NCBI RefSeq assembly: GCF_016433145.1
Contig: NC_058136.1
Span: 47,539,076 to 47,603,075, forward strand
Direction of reading: 5' to 3'
From: Gracilinanus agilis
Lineage: Eukaryota
Length of the DNA: 64,000 bases
Both the position numbers and the translations under genes were made by a program. This document shows, one piece after another, positions 27,211 through 39,670 of the stretch. Each line of letters opens with the position of its first letter. Within the stretch, counting starts at the first letter, position 1. Below the pieces are notes generated by a model, which made no database searches, was not told where the DNA came from, and worked only from the letters and a program-made list of their open reading frames with translations.

Positions 27211-29049
27211 TTATGGAAAAGAAATAAACTGGGAAAAGTCTGGTAACTAATATATCAAGTAAGTGTCCTGATGTCTAAACTCTACAAGGAACTGATAGGA
27301 CTCCCCAGTGAAGCAGTGGTCAAAGTGCATCACAAGAATACTTACAATGAAGCAAAACAAGTTGTTTTTTTTTTTTCGTGATCACATTTGATGTATAAAT
27401 TCCTTCATCAAAAAAATACGATTAAACATAAACTTAAGACGGTCCCATATAGTCACTAGAATGGCAATAATAGTGAACCATGGTAAAGAGCCAATGTTGG
27501 CAGGAGATACTCTGGAGAGTGCCTTTCTCAGATATCATTAGTAGCCCAGAGGACCCAAGTACACATTTTCTTGAGAAATGGCAATAGTCGAAAAGTTGCA
27601 AAACCGAACATACCTTTCCACCAAATGATGCTATTTCTCTATCCCCGAAATAATCTAAAAGGGGGATGGGAAGCTCTCTGTAAAAATTAGTCACAGTTGT
27701 TTTGTTTATAGTATCAAAAGCAATTTTAAACAGCCAATGTGTCCAACAGTTGGAGAAGACCAGAATGAATTATGGCATATTCATATGTTTTGGAATATTA
27801 TTTTGCCATTAAAAACAGTAAATCTGAAGCAGACAAGGAAATGAGGAAAGAACTTTAGGAAATGATTCAGAATAAAATCAGTAAAACCAGAGCTATGCTC
27901 ACATCGACAGCAGGTATGCTGCAGGTACGTCCAAGAGAAATAAAGGAAAGAAGGAACAGAATAGAGCAGAAAGAAATGTGCTTTGTTCTTTTGGACAGTC
28001 CTGATTTGGGCCATGGAGCAGAGGCATGATGGTTACTTCCTAATTTGGTCCAACGCTGTTTTGGGCTTAGGGTCTGGGGCAAGACAATGCCCTTTGTATT
28101 GTTTGTTTGATTTTCTTGTTCTTGGTGGTATTCTGTTGGTTATTAAAAGGAATGTTAAGAGATAGCCCAGCCTCCTTTAGTACCTTGCATGTTAGAGTCC
28201 TGGAATGGTATTTACCAAAACATCTTGTGCTGGCTTGTAAATATTGGAATAGGGAAGAATAAAGCTATAATAGATGCGATAATGGTTCATAGACTTCTTT
28301 CCTTGATAGGTGGCAGTTTATCATCTGCAGGAAATAGTATGTTGGCCAGATATTAGGATAGTTTTTTTTTCACCTTCCTCTTGGGTCCTTCCCCTCTCAA
28401 TGTAGGCATTCATCAGGCCCGAGTCGAAGGCATTGCTGCTTAATATCTCTTCTGAAGGACACAGAGTTGAACAGAAGAGCTTCCCACTTAGTATAAGCCT
28501 GAAATGCTGTTGATTTGGAACAACCAGATATTGATTCATTCCTGGTGCAGGGAAATTCATCATTCTGTAAAGGAGGGAAGTTAAGAAATAATGTTATATC
28601 ATGGAAAGAAGAAATAATGTTCACTTAGAGTTCTTTGTCAGCAAGAAAGCATGCCCACAAGTGTCCGAAAGCCTTTTTGTATGTGGATGAAAGAGGAAAC
28701 AATTCTTATGAGTATTCATCTATTTTAGAGTATAATAATAAAATGTCATTCTGTAGCGTTCTTTTCCTTTAGCAATTTCCTATTGCAAATGGCTTGGAAA
28801 TGCCTCTGTGTTTATTTATAGCCTGTCATTAATTTCTTTACCCAATAAATATTTATCGATAGCCTACTGCGTACAAAGTACAATGCATTGGTCCAGAGAT
28901 ATGAATTTCTATTTATTGCAAAATTTAAAACTGTACTGTGTAGAGGGAGTGCCCAGGAGGTCTTCCAGGATCTCTCTTGTCTCTCCTAAATGAGGTGTGA
29001 GATTGCCTTCACAAGGTTAAATCTCTGTCAAGGTTATTTCCTTGTTAGC

Positions 29050-29410
29050 TGGGTGAAGGACTTTGTTTTGGCACTGATGATGTTTGACCTGGATACTTTT
29101 TGACCTACTGACGTCTCATTCACTGCAAGTTCATATACTTGGGCTATATGGCTAAATCTGACTTTTAAGAATAGACTGACTGGTAGAGACAAAGACAGAA
29201 ATGAGATGAACACAGAAAACATAGAGCCAGGTTCCCTAGTGGGAAGGCTATGCAACTATCCATCCCTACAATACTGCCAACAGATAATATGCACCAATGA
29301 ATCATGCGGCTATGAGAGAAGAGCAAACCACATGATTCTTTGCAAGAAGGAAACCTGGGGGACAGCAGCAGATTGAGGTAGTGGCTCACTATTTAGGACC
29401 AAGCCAGAAA
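29050..29410 (+). mobile_element. Possible very old non-LTR retrotransposon RT remnant (RTE/RTE-X- or L2/CR1-like)
   Basis: Frameshifted motifs appear in the expected order: TTGGCACTGATGATGTT (FADD-like), GAGATGAACACAGAAAAC (INxxKT-like), CAGCAGATTGAGGTAGTGGCTCACTATTTAGGA (QQIEVVAHYLG, IExVxxFxYLG-like). Confidence 0.4.
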
Positions 29411-29802
29411 CTGTGGGAACACAGGCTGGCAGCAGTGGAGTGGTGGCAGTGGTGCAATGGAGTAGTTTCTGGATGAAACTCCTAGAAGAGTTTTGGACAT
29501 GGCACCATTCCTAAGTAATGTGTGAACTGGAGCTGAGAAGCAGTGAAGGACATGACAGTAGTGCATCTTAATGGGCATTAACTATCTATTTACCAGGATA
29601 CTTTGTTAGGCGCCAAGGATACATAGACAAAAATAAAGCTATCCCCAACCTCCTGCGGCGATACTGTAACTTAAGTGGACTATTCAGATCTGGAGAAGAT
29701 AGTCGATACTCGAGGATCCCTCAGCACTTTCCTCTACAAGGCAGCATGTCTCAAACCTTTAAATAGTACTATGAGTTCAGATCACTGTAGGGGTCAAAAT
29801 GT

Positions 29803-29964
29803 CTTGTTGACATGTCTATGAAAATATTTGTCTAACTCAAACATTTTAGAAGTATTTTCTTATTGAAGTTTCATAGTGCATCTACACAAAATAAGTGGCT
29901 ACTGAAGCATTTTTTTTGGCTAATACATGCCAAAGAACTTCTTTGCTTTCATTGTACCCTTTGA
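29803..29964. repeat. Local ~160-bp duplication, copy 1
   Basis: Aligns with 31194-31356 over its full length, with scattered substitutions and small indels. Confidence 0.9.
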
Positions 29965-30002
29965 GTGTCTGAGGTGGTGCTTAGTAAAAGATTGATACTC
30001 TT

Positions 30003-30181
30003 GGGCCAGCTGGGTAGCTCCGTGGATTGAGAGCCAGACCTAAAGATGGGAAGTCCTAGGTTCAAATCTGGCCTCAGACACTTCCCAGCTGTGTGATCCT
30101 GGGCAAGTCACTTGACCCCCATTGCCCACCCTTACCACTCTTCCACCTGGGAGCTAATACACAGAAGTTAAGGGTTTTAAA
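30003..30181 (+). mobile_element. SINE1-type tRNA-derived SINE
   Basis: A-box and B-box-like head. 17-bp TSD AAAAGATTGATACTCTT / AAAAGATTGATATTCTT. Confidence 0.92.
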
Positions 30182-31193
30182 AAAAGATTGATATTCTTGA
30201 CTATATAGCAACCTTCCAATGAAGGAAGGGAATGGAAGTAGTGACTGCAGAATGGTTGGATCTACCAGAGAGGGAAAAGAAGAGTTGTCTTGACTCTTAA
30301 TGTGTGTTTTTTTGGTGAAATAGTATGTGTCCTATGTTTTCTACTGATAACCTAAGTGTTTTCCTGAGAGTCAATGACCTTTTCCTTTGTCATTGAGAAC
30401 TAGAAAGGAGTTTTATGTTGATGTTCATTCTCAGTGGAAACTCTTGGTATGGGCATGGACTATAGAGAGATTTTGTGACTGATAATGTGAAGATGGAACC
30501 TGGTCCATGTAAGCCTAGTTTTTGAACGATGTGTTATCAACTTTTGAGTACTTTACTGATCAGGAAAGAATTTTTTTCTCTCTTTGCCTTTGATTTGACT
30601 GAAGATGGAAGGAAGCCAGAATCCTGGCTTAGTGGCAGCCCAAGAAGAAATCTTAGCCTGAATCACTCTTCTCAACAGGGTAGAAGAAGTGAGAAACAAG
30701 TATTTGCAACCAAAGACTAAAAATAAAATATGGAAGCACTACAGTGATCATTGACACTATTTCTTACAACTTTTTCTCCCATTTGATTTTTACAATGGTG
30801 TAACTTTGGGAGTGCCAGTTTTGGCTTTTAAATACAGTGTTGCATTCATTAATGATTAGAGGAAAATCATTTCCACAAAATATGGCATCTAAGTTTTTCT
30901 TCACATGAGTTTTTCTTCATATGAATAGCAATTACATCATAGCACCATGTATAATGGTATAAGTTTTATTTACTAACATTCTTAAAGTTCAGGTATAAAT
31001 TTCAAAATTAAACATTTCTTTTGCCAGTTAGCATTTTGAAGTCACAATATTTGTTTCCAACATGGTAGCAATATCCAATGCTACTTTTCTCATCAGATGT
31101 TTACATGTTGCTTTCATATGCTGATTACCAATCATGTTGCTCTGGCAGTTCATCAGTTGAACAGGACTTCTAGTGGGGAGTAGAATTTGCTAC

Positions 31194-31356
31194 CTTGTTG
31201 ACATGTCTATGGAAATATTTGTCTAATTAGCTCAAACATTTTAGAAGTATTATCTTATTGACGTTTCATAGTGCATCTACACAAAATATGGCTATTGAAG
31301 CAATTTTTTGGCTAATACATGCCAAAGAACTTTTTTGCTCTCACTATTCCCTTTGA
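31194..31356. repeat. Local ~160-bp duplication, copy 2
   Basis: Direct repeat of 29803-29964. Confidence 0.9.
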
Positions 31357-31439
31357 TTCAGCCAACTTTGTTTTTTTTTAAAAATATAATTCCCCAAATT
31401 CATTTCTAGAAGGACTTTAGAAAGATAAGTTTCTTAATT

Positions 31440-32340
31440 CACTAGAGGTGGTACTGTGAATAGGTTCAACCATTCTGGAAAACAATTTGGAATTCTAAAA
31501 GAAAAGTTATTAAGTTCATATCCATGAATCCAGGTATCCCACTACTAGAACTATCCCCTAAGAAGTTACAAGAAAATGCCCATTTGTACAAAAATGTACA
31601 TCGAAATATTACAAACAAAATGCTGTTTTTGTACGAGAAACGTACATGTCCAATGAATGGAAAATGGCTGAATAAATTTTAGCAAATAAGTGTAATGGGA
31701 TATTTCTGTGCCACAAGGAATGACAAATATAAAGAATTTAAAGAAATGTGGAATTGCCTGTATAAGTTGAGACAGAGTGAGTAAAACAGAACAGAAACCA
31801 ATATATGCAGTGATAGCAATGGTGGAAGGAGATCCAACAATAGAAGAACAAATTTATGTATTTTTTTAAAAATTTTGAACCCTTAACTTCTGTGTATTGA
31901 CTTATAGGTGGAAGAGTGGTAAGGGTAGGCCATGGGGGTCAAGTGACTTGCCCAGGGTCACACAGCTGGGAAGTGTCTGAGGCCAGATTTGAACCTAGGA
32001 CCTCCCGTCTCTAGGCCTGGCTCTCAATCCACTGAGCTACCCAGCTGCCCCCAAGAACAAATTTAAAGGAAAATAAAATGGACAGAAGTGGTATCATACG
32101 AACAGAGTTCAAGCTCACTTACTTTTAGTTACTTTAGTTAACAGTCACAAAATGTCTGTTAGTGGAAAGTGGAAAGTGGAAGACGTGGAAAGGGACATTG
32201 CCTATCAGTCAGTATCAATCACACTTGGAGGTTTTGTTTAACTGTCTTTGAGAAGCATGATTTGTAAGAGGGGAGGTATTTTGGTGTGTTAGGAAATATC
32301 ACTTATCAAAACAAATAATATGAATAAAACATAATATCCA
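31440..32340 (+). mobile_element. L1 ORF2 C-terminus and 3' UTR, interrupted by a young SINE
   Basis: CATTCTGGAAAACAATTTGGAA...GAATCCAGGTATCCCACTACTAGAACTATCCCC (DPAIPLLGIYP-like). Confidence 0.7.
31857..32052 (-). mobile_element. Young SINE1-type SINE
   Basis: Perfect 13-bp TSD AAGAACAAATTTA. About 4 differences in ~180 bp from the copy at 34936. Confidence 0.95.
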
Positions 32341-32769
32341 GAAATGCTAATGAACTCTAGATGGTGCCATATGGCAACATGGTTGAGTAGATGGGTGAGT
32401 ACATTTGGACCCAGGAATTCTTGTATATGCAGACAATATTCATCCCTGACCTTATTAATATTATTACCAAGCCTATATTTTGTGTGCGTATGTTTTTATA
32501 TATGATTATGTATATCTACATGTATAGTAGTATATACACAAATGCATATGTACTATTTGTGATGAGATTAGATTCCTTGACCTCAAAGGACCATTTCATA
32601 GTTTTAGACTTTTGATCTATGATTCTGGCCAGTATGATTCTGATTGGCTGTCCAGACCACAGGAAAAAAGCTTAATCCAAGTAAGTTAGAATAAAATTGG
32701 TAATAGTTTCTCTTTCCTGGGTGCTGATTTATTCTACTATTGGCTTTTTGATGGGATCCTTTGTTCAAT

Positions 32770-33150
32770 TCAATTCAGAAAACATTCATTTATTGCTTCT
32801 TGTGTAACACTGTGGGAATCACTTGTGATAATAGACAAAAGCAAACCAGTCACTTCCGTCATATAACTTACATTCTACTGAGAATGCATGGTGTTGAGAA
32901 TAGCACGTACATAGAAAATTAAATACAAAATAATATAGCCAGTGTGAAGATTAAAATTAATATAAAACAGGAAATAAATATTAAGCCTCTACCAAGTGCC
33001 AGAAATTGTTAAGCACTGGGAATACAAAGAAAATTAAAACCAGTCCCATCTCTCAAGGACTTCATGCTCTAATGGGGGAAATAATATATATACATATACA
33101 TATATATATATATAAATATATACATACAAGGTTTGTTACAATGCATATAT
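32770..33150 (-). mobile_element. L2 3'-end fragments
   Basis: TTCAATTCAATTCAGAAAACATTCATTTATTG and AAGCACTGGGAATACAAAG...CCAGTCCCATCTCTCAAGGA. Confidence 0.6.
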
Positions 33151-33179
33151 CTACAAAGTAAACAACACAGTCATCGCAA

Positions 33180-35400
33180 TAGGTATACCAAAAGCACTTG
33201 ATAGAGTACAATATTCTTTTATGCTAAAAAAAACCCTATAAAGCATAGCCATAAAGGAATTTTTTAGAATGACTAAAAGTATCTATCTAAAACCAAAAGC
33301 AGTCATCATATGCAATGAGAATACACAAAAACTTTTCAATAAATATGGGAGTAAGAGTAAAGACCCAATGTTATTTGATATAGTTCTTAAAATGCTAACA
33401 ATATCCAAAGAGAAAAGAAAGAAATAAAAGGCATGAAGAAGAGATGAAACTATCCCTATTTGCTGATGATATGATCATTTACTTTGTGAATCCTTTGGAA
33501 CCAGTAAAAATAATCAAAACAATAGCTTCAGTAAATGTGTAGGCAACAAAATAAATTCTCAAAAATTGTGTGTGTGTGTGTGTATGTATGTGTCACAAAA
33601 CCCAAGGAAAAAGTATAGAAAAAAATCTCATTTCAAATCACCATAAAATATCTGAGGACTGACCTCCCAATGTGCACTAAAAATTATATAGATTTATTTA
33701 CATAGTTCTCTTGAAAGAAATAAAGAACAATTCAAATAGTGAAAAAATATTCAGTGCTTATGGTTAAGCTGTGCTAATGTAGTAAAAATGACAATACTAT
33801 GAAAAGTAGTTTATGCTTTTAATACTATACCAATCAGATTCAAAAGAATACTTTCTAAAACTTGATATAATAGTAACAAGATTCATTTGGAAACTAAAAG
33901 ATCTAGAATATCAAGAGAAATAATAAGAAGTAAGAACAAAGAGGAAATAGCACTTACATACTCCATACTATATTTTAAACAAGTAGAATAGGAAATATAT
34001 CCTTAACCAAATGAGACAGAAACAATTACAAAAGATAAAAGAGTTAACTTTGATTACTTGAAATTAAAAGACTTCTGCACAGACATTAATTCATCTAGGT
34101 TAAGAAGTGAAGTAGTCAAAGAGAGGAAAAAGAAACTTTTATCAAATTTCTTTCCTAAGGGTTTGTTATCCAGGATATATAAACAACAAGTAAATATTAA
34201 ACTAATAGCCATTCCCGAGTAGATAAGTGGTCAAAGGATATGATTTGCAATATGGTAAAAAAAGAAATGGTTTGGAGAAGATAAATTGCAAGCTATTAAC
34301 TACTGTGTGAAGAATTGTTCCAAATCACAAGAGAAATGTAAATTAAAATAGACCAGAGTTCACCTCACACTTAGTAAACTGGAAGAAATTCAAAAAAATA
34401 GCAACAGTCAATATTGAAGGCGTCATTAAAGGATAGACATACTAATACGTTGTTGATGGAGCTGTAAAATAGCATAACCGTTTTGAAAATCAATTTTAAG
34501 AATTAAGCCAGTTCTCTTTATGAATTAAGACTAAAATATTTATGCTCTTTGAATCAAAGACTCCATTGCTGGACATATGCCCCAAAGAAGCCATTGGTTA
34601 AAATGGAAGTTCCCATATACATCAAAATATTTATAGCATCATTTTTCGTGATAGCAAAGAAGAATTGGAACAAAGTAAATGTCCATCAGTTGGGAAATGG
34701 TTAAACAAATCTAATGGAATATTACCATGTGGTAAGAAATGATGTGTGTGATAAATGCAAAGAAGTATACATACACACACACACACACATATATGAACTG
34801 ATGCCGAGGGAAGTAGAGCCAAGAATACAATATATACAGTAATTGCAATAATGTAAATGAAAAAAATTACACACCAAAAAGCCAAAAGTGAATGTAATTA
34901 TAAAGTCAAGCAGAGCTCATATGAAAAGATATGAGGGGGCAGCTGGGTAGCTCAGTGGATTGAGAGTCAGGCCTAGAGACGGGAGGTCCTAGGTTCAAAT
35001 CCGGCCTCAGACACTTCCCAGCTGTGTGACCCTGGGCAAGTCACTTGACCCCCATTGCCTACCCTTACCACTCTTCCACCTATAAGTCAATACACAGAAG
35101 TTAAGGGTTTAAAATTAAAAAAAAAAAAAGAAAAGATATGAGATGACACCCAGTGCCCATTGTTTCGTAAATGTAGGAAGGAAGTCTACCAGCACTATTA
35201 CACATTGCACTTGTTTTCAGACATTTTTAGCGTATCAACCAGTTGTGCTGATGTTTATTCCTCTGTAAAATTTACTGTTTGTTATTGGGATAACTCTCTG
35301 GGACAGAGGGAGAAAAAGGTACTTGGGGACTGGTGATATAAGAAAAAAAAGACCATTTAACTTTTTTTTTTAATTTAACACAAAACAAAAGTTTATACTT
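33180..35400 (+). mobile_element. L1 ORF2 (RT to C-terminus) and 3' UTR, interrupted by a young SINE
   Basis: CCCTATTTGCTGATGATATGATC (LFADDMI) at about 33455 and GACTCCATTGCTGGACATATGCCCCAAAG (IPLLGIYPK-like) at about 34560. Confidence 0.8.
34936..35129 (+). mobile_element. Young full-length SINE1-type SINE with an intact Pol III promoter
   Basis: A box TAGCTCAGTGG at 34948-34958, B box GGTTCAAATCC at 34992-35002, A-rich tail, perfect 13-bp TSD GAAAAGATATGAG, CpGs retained. Confidence 0.96.
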
Positions 35401-35639
35401 GATTCAGGAAACAGTATGGAGACGTTGGAGCTTCTTGAGCAATGGGATGAGGTAGCATGGTCAGACCTATGTTTTAAAAACATTTTGCTGAACAATGATA
35501 TGACAGTTCATAAAGTAATTGGTTTTATCTCAGTTCCCAAAATAGTACCATAGAACTTCCTAACCAGATATAGTGTTCAGGGGGAGGAACGTTGTAGCCC
35601 CAGTGAGACTTGCCCTTGTCAGATAGCATCTAGCGAATT

Positions 35640-36130
35640 TCACTTCGTTCTGGTTGCCCTCTTAAAGAATGGACATTGATAAACTGGGCCACGTCTTAAG
35701 CAGGGTGAGCAAGTGGAAAAATGAATACAGATTCTGCTGTATGAGGATGAGTTGAAGGAAGAGGGTAAGGCTAGTTCAGAGGCAGAGAAGTAAAGACTTA
35801 GGGAAAGATATGATAAATCTTTAGAGATCTGAAGGTTTATTGGGTGAGCAATGGGACTAGGCTAGATCTGGTTGACTCTACTGGATGCAGAACTAGCGCT
35901 GAGACAGTGTTATAGGGGAGCAGATTTGGGTTTCCCATTAGCAAACCCTTCCTAACAATGAATGTTATTCAATCCTGTAATGATCTGTCTGGAGGAGTGG
36001 TGTGCTCCCTTTACTGGAACCCTATACACAGAAGTTACATGGCCAAAAATGAAGCAATGTCATGGGCAGAATCCATGATCTAGGCATAGATTACATTAGA
36101 TAACCTCAGAGGACTCTTTCAACTTTAAAA
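35640..36130 (+). mobile_element. CR1/L3 3' fragment
   Basis: GGACATTGATAAACTGGGCCACGTC...TATGAGGATGAGTTGAAGGAA...AAACCCTTCCTAACAATGAATG. Confidence 0.6.
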
Positions 36131-36657
36131 TGAGAGCTATTGACATCTTGTCTCAGTTCTCACCTTCTCGGTATCTTGTCATTTTTCAGCTTATACAAAT
36201 CTGAATATCAGGAGCCAGGAAGCACTTTACCACCCTATCCTCCAAATGAAAATAAAAACAACACTTGCAAATGTCACCAACATATGTGAGGAAAGGGCAT
36301 ATCCAATGTAGAGTGTATAACATTGTGCTAATTATTCCAATAACAGGTATTATTCATACAGACTGTGTCAAATGGGCACCATCTCTCACACAAACTAATA
36401 ATAGCTGACATTTACACTTGAAAGAGCTGTGATATTGTCAGCAGGGAAAGCTTTTAGTGGGAGAATTCATCCCACTAACACAGATTGCTCCCCATCACAA
36501 CTTAGTAGGAAAGTCCAAAATGGTTGCCTGAGGCTCAGGTTCTTGCTCAGAGTCTTGTAGTTCAGGAACACCAAAGCCAGATTGGAACCAGTTTCTTCCT
36601 GACTTTAAGCCCATCACTCTACCAGGTAAGTCATAAGCCTTGCTTACTAGCATTTCT

Positions 36658-36872
36658 TTTTCTTTCTTTCTTTTTTTTTTTTTTATAAAACCCTCACCTT
36701 CCGACTTAGAGTCAATACTGTGTACTGGCTTCAAGGCAGAAGAGTGGTAAGGGTAGGCAATGGGGGTCAAGTGACTTGCCCAGAGTCACACAGCTGGGAA
36801 GTGTCTGAGGCCAGATTTGAACCTAGGATCTCCCATCTCTAGGCTTGGTTCTCAATCCACTGAGCTGCCCCC
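36658..36872 (-). mobile_element. SINE1-type SINE, long-tail subfamily
   Basis: 16-bp TSD GCTTACTAGCATTTCT / GCTTACTAGCCTTTCT, poly-T tail. Confidence 0.93.
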
Positions 36873-37947
36873 GCTTACTAGCCTTTCTAATGCACTTCAA
36901 AATTTGAAAAACACTTACCCAAGTTGTCTTACTTGAACCTCATAAAATCGTTGACGTTAATACTTTGGGGATAGCAAATGGAAAAAATATAAGTGGTTTT
37001 TCTCTCATAAAGCACTTAGAGCTTCCAAGTTGTCTCTTCTCCTGTTAATCCCTGACTTTGTTTAAGCATCCATCTGAATAACGAGCAAAGCAAAGGGCGT
37101 TTTTTAACTAAATCATTAAGTACTATGTGCCAAGCACTCTAATGAGTTCTTAGAATGCAAATACAAGCAAGATAGTCTTTGCCTTCCAGGATCTTACTTT
37201 CCAAAGAAGGAACACAACTCATGAAGGGAGTTGAAAAGAAGGTGGGAAGGAGCTATCTGGGCAGTGACATGGCAAGAATGCCTGGACCCTGGAAAAATAA
37301 TCCAGAAGCTCAGTCTATCAAAGCTCAAGATGAAGGCAATGGTCATAACAAAGAAGGTCTGACATTCAGAAAGTAAGATGGCCAAATAGACAAGGGCTTG
37401 ACTCACAGTCACAGAATTCTGCACTCAATCATCTTTACTCAATCAGACAGGCTGTGTGACTTTAGGCAAATAACTTACCCTCATTACCCAGATAACTTTG
37501 TAAGACTAAGTTTCAGATCAGGTGGTAATCTGTATTAGAAGAGGGAGTATTTTGTTGGAAGTTTTCCAGATCCAAACCAAATGCACACACATACTCATAC
37601 ACATCATTTTTGCAAGATTTCTCATTTACCAAAATTCCTTGTATCTGTTTTAGCCATCATCTGGGAATGAGAAATAGAAATAGAACTGGACACACTCACT
37701 CAAAGAGCAGTAGAAAAACAGATAAGATATCTTGACAGTCCTTAGTTTATAAGAAATAATCCTCTTCATTCTTTCTGTCACAAAAGTTGTTATTATTCAA
37801 GATGATGTACAATAAATTTTCCAGTGTATTGCTAATAGTAACACTTAGCCAGTATGGGAAGATTGCATTCCCTAACTTCTAAGGGAGCTCAGCACACGTC
37901 AACTTGTGTTCCGGATTCTTCTGTCTCTCCTTCATCTGATTTAAAAG

Positions 37948-38043
37948 CTGAATCGGAAGAAGCAGTTCCAAATCAGGGGGCGCATGCCTCCGACTTTCAT
38001 CATTAACTTGTCAACAGAGTGAAGAGAGAGGGAAAGCAATAAA
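37948..38043 (+). other. Candidate terminal exon or conserved non-coding element, unassigned
   Basis: Pyrimidine tract plus AG (TTCTTCTGTCTCTCCTTCATCTGATTTAAAAG|), phase-0 frame LNRKKQFQIRGRMPPTFIINLSTE* (stop at 38020-38022), AATAAA at 38038-38043, and 5 CpGs in about 110 bp. Confidence 0.3.
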
Positions 38044-39289
38044 AGAGACTTCTTTTCTGAGGCTGTATCTCAACATTCTAAGTTAGCTGAAGAATTCAGT
38101 CACTTATTCAGAGTTGAAAAACAAAACAAAACAAAACCCAATTTGTCCCAGATAGCATCACATTGGTTGGTTGGTTGGCATTCAGTTATCTGGATAATTG
38201 CCTTAGTTATCTACTTGTTGGACTGTGTATAGACAGAGCTTGTAGCAAGAGTCTCAAGTAAGCTCTATTAATAGTCAGTTTTTTTTAAGGAAATTGTATT
38301 TGTTGGCCACTAAAATTCTTGAACATCATCTGTTCAGTTGAAAGTGGGTTGGTAATTTCATTAGGAAAGGGAAGACTTACGCTAATAGCCTCAATGGTCC
38401 TTGAATGGATAGGGGGTTTTTACCTAATGGAAGTTGGATCATGAAGCCACAAAAAACCAAGTCTCGAATTTTTTTTTAATTTTTATTTTGAATATTTTCC
38501 CAGAATTCCAACTTTCAAAATTAACCCCTACCTTGGAGGTAGATGCTTTTGAACATGATAAACATTTTGTTCTTCCTTCTGGGGGTATCACTGAGGAAGT
38601 TATTGCTTCAATCTTTGGGAAGCAAGGATTCCAAAGAACTTCTCTTGACTCCTTGTTCACTGCCCACCGGAACTGCTAAGCAAAAGGCACGACAGCCATT
38701 TAGCTAAATGGCTGTGACCTTTCACTGGGAACATCTTTGTAAGCAGCAGATGAAAAAGCTAATGTGGTTGATTTTTTGAGGCCAAGGCAAAATCACAGTC
38801 TGTTTAGTTTAACTATTCAAATGCTCCAAGTTGGTTTTTTTTTTTTTTTTGGAGAGACCAGTGACTTGTCATGTATTGGAGGTATAGACATCACATGTAT
38901 ACGTTTACAGTCTATAACAGTGCCATAGGCCAGTTCATCTCATTTCCAAACGTACTCAGTTGAACACTTGGGCATTGGTAGCAACAGCTGACATTTCTGT
39001 GGTGCTTTAACGTTTCCAGAGTGTCCTATATATGTTTCATTTGATTATCACAGCAAGTGTGTGAGATGTAGGTGATTTCATCCTCATTTTACAGATGAGG
39101 AAACTGAGGCTGGGGGAATTTAAGTCAGCTGGCCAGAGTCATACAGTTAGTACTTGTTTGAGGGATCATTTGAAATAAGGCCTTTTATTCTCCAAATCCA
39201 GGGTTCCATTCACTAGAACCACTTAGATCCAACCACAAAAACAACTTGCTCATTAATTTGTGCACCTCCAAACTTTGATAAGATGGAGA

Positions 39290-39670
39290 GTGACAAGAGG
39301 GGAACGGCTTTGACACCATAAAAGACAAGTATCCATTGTGAAAAAAAGAAAGGAGATGTTTAGTCTGAAAAAAAGAAGATATATGGGAGAAATGATAGCT
39401 GTGTGGGATTATATTCTGTCTCCTTGGCCTTCAAAGTCAGAACTGGGAACAATGACTAGATGTTAGTTGCAAGAAGATTGATGTGGATTTAATGTCTGGA
39501 AAAACCACTTCCTAACCATTAGAGCTTTCCAAAAGTCCAATGGGGATGATTGAAGTGGTGGAGGATTCCCTCTCACTGGAGGTTCAAGTGTGAATGACTC
39601 CTTGGGAGATATTGTGATAAAAATATAGGTTAGTTTTTTATGAGTTGGCCTTGGAGGTGTCTTCCAAATT
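39290..39670 (+). mobile_element. CR1/L3 3' fragment
   Basis: GGAGATGTTTAGTCTGAAAAAAAGAAG...AAAACCACTTCCTAACCATTAGAGCTTTCCAAAAG...GGATTCCCTCTCACTGGAGG. Confidence 0.65.

Larger units (their letters stand above)
21470..27950 (+). mobile_element. Old, heavily fragmented near-full-length L1 (ORF1, endonuclease, RT and C-terminal remnants) with nested hAT, L2, L1-tail and SINE insertions
   Basis: A-rich sense strand. CTCTTTGCAGATGATGCAATTGCCTACCTGGAAAGCCCT at about 25323 is the L1 LFADDMIVYLENP motif. ORF1-like C-terminus at about 22450-22640. ORF2 C-terminal-like sequence at 27600-27830. Confidence 0.7.

Noticed and set aside
28330-28560. Exon-like segment with acceptors on both strands (AYTKWEALLF... 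on -, AFIRPESKALL... on +)
   Set aside because: No consistent donor or frame, and no recognisable protein. It cannot be distinguished from chance.
34936-35010. tRNA-like A/B boxes as a tRNA gene
   Set aside because: It is the head of a SINE with a tail and TSD, not a cloverleaf tRNA.
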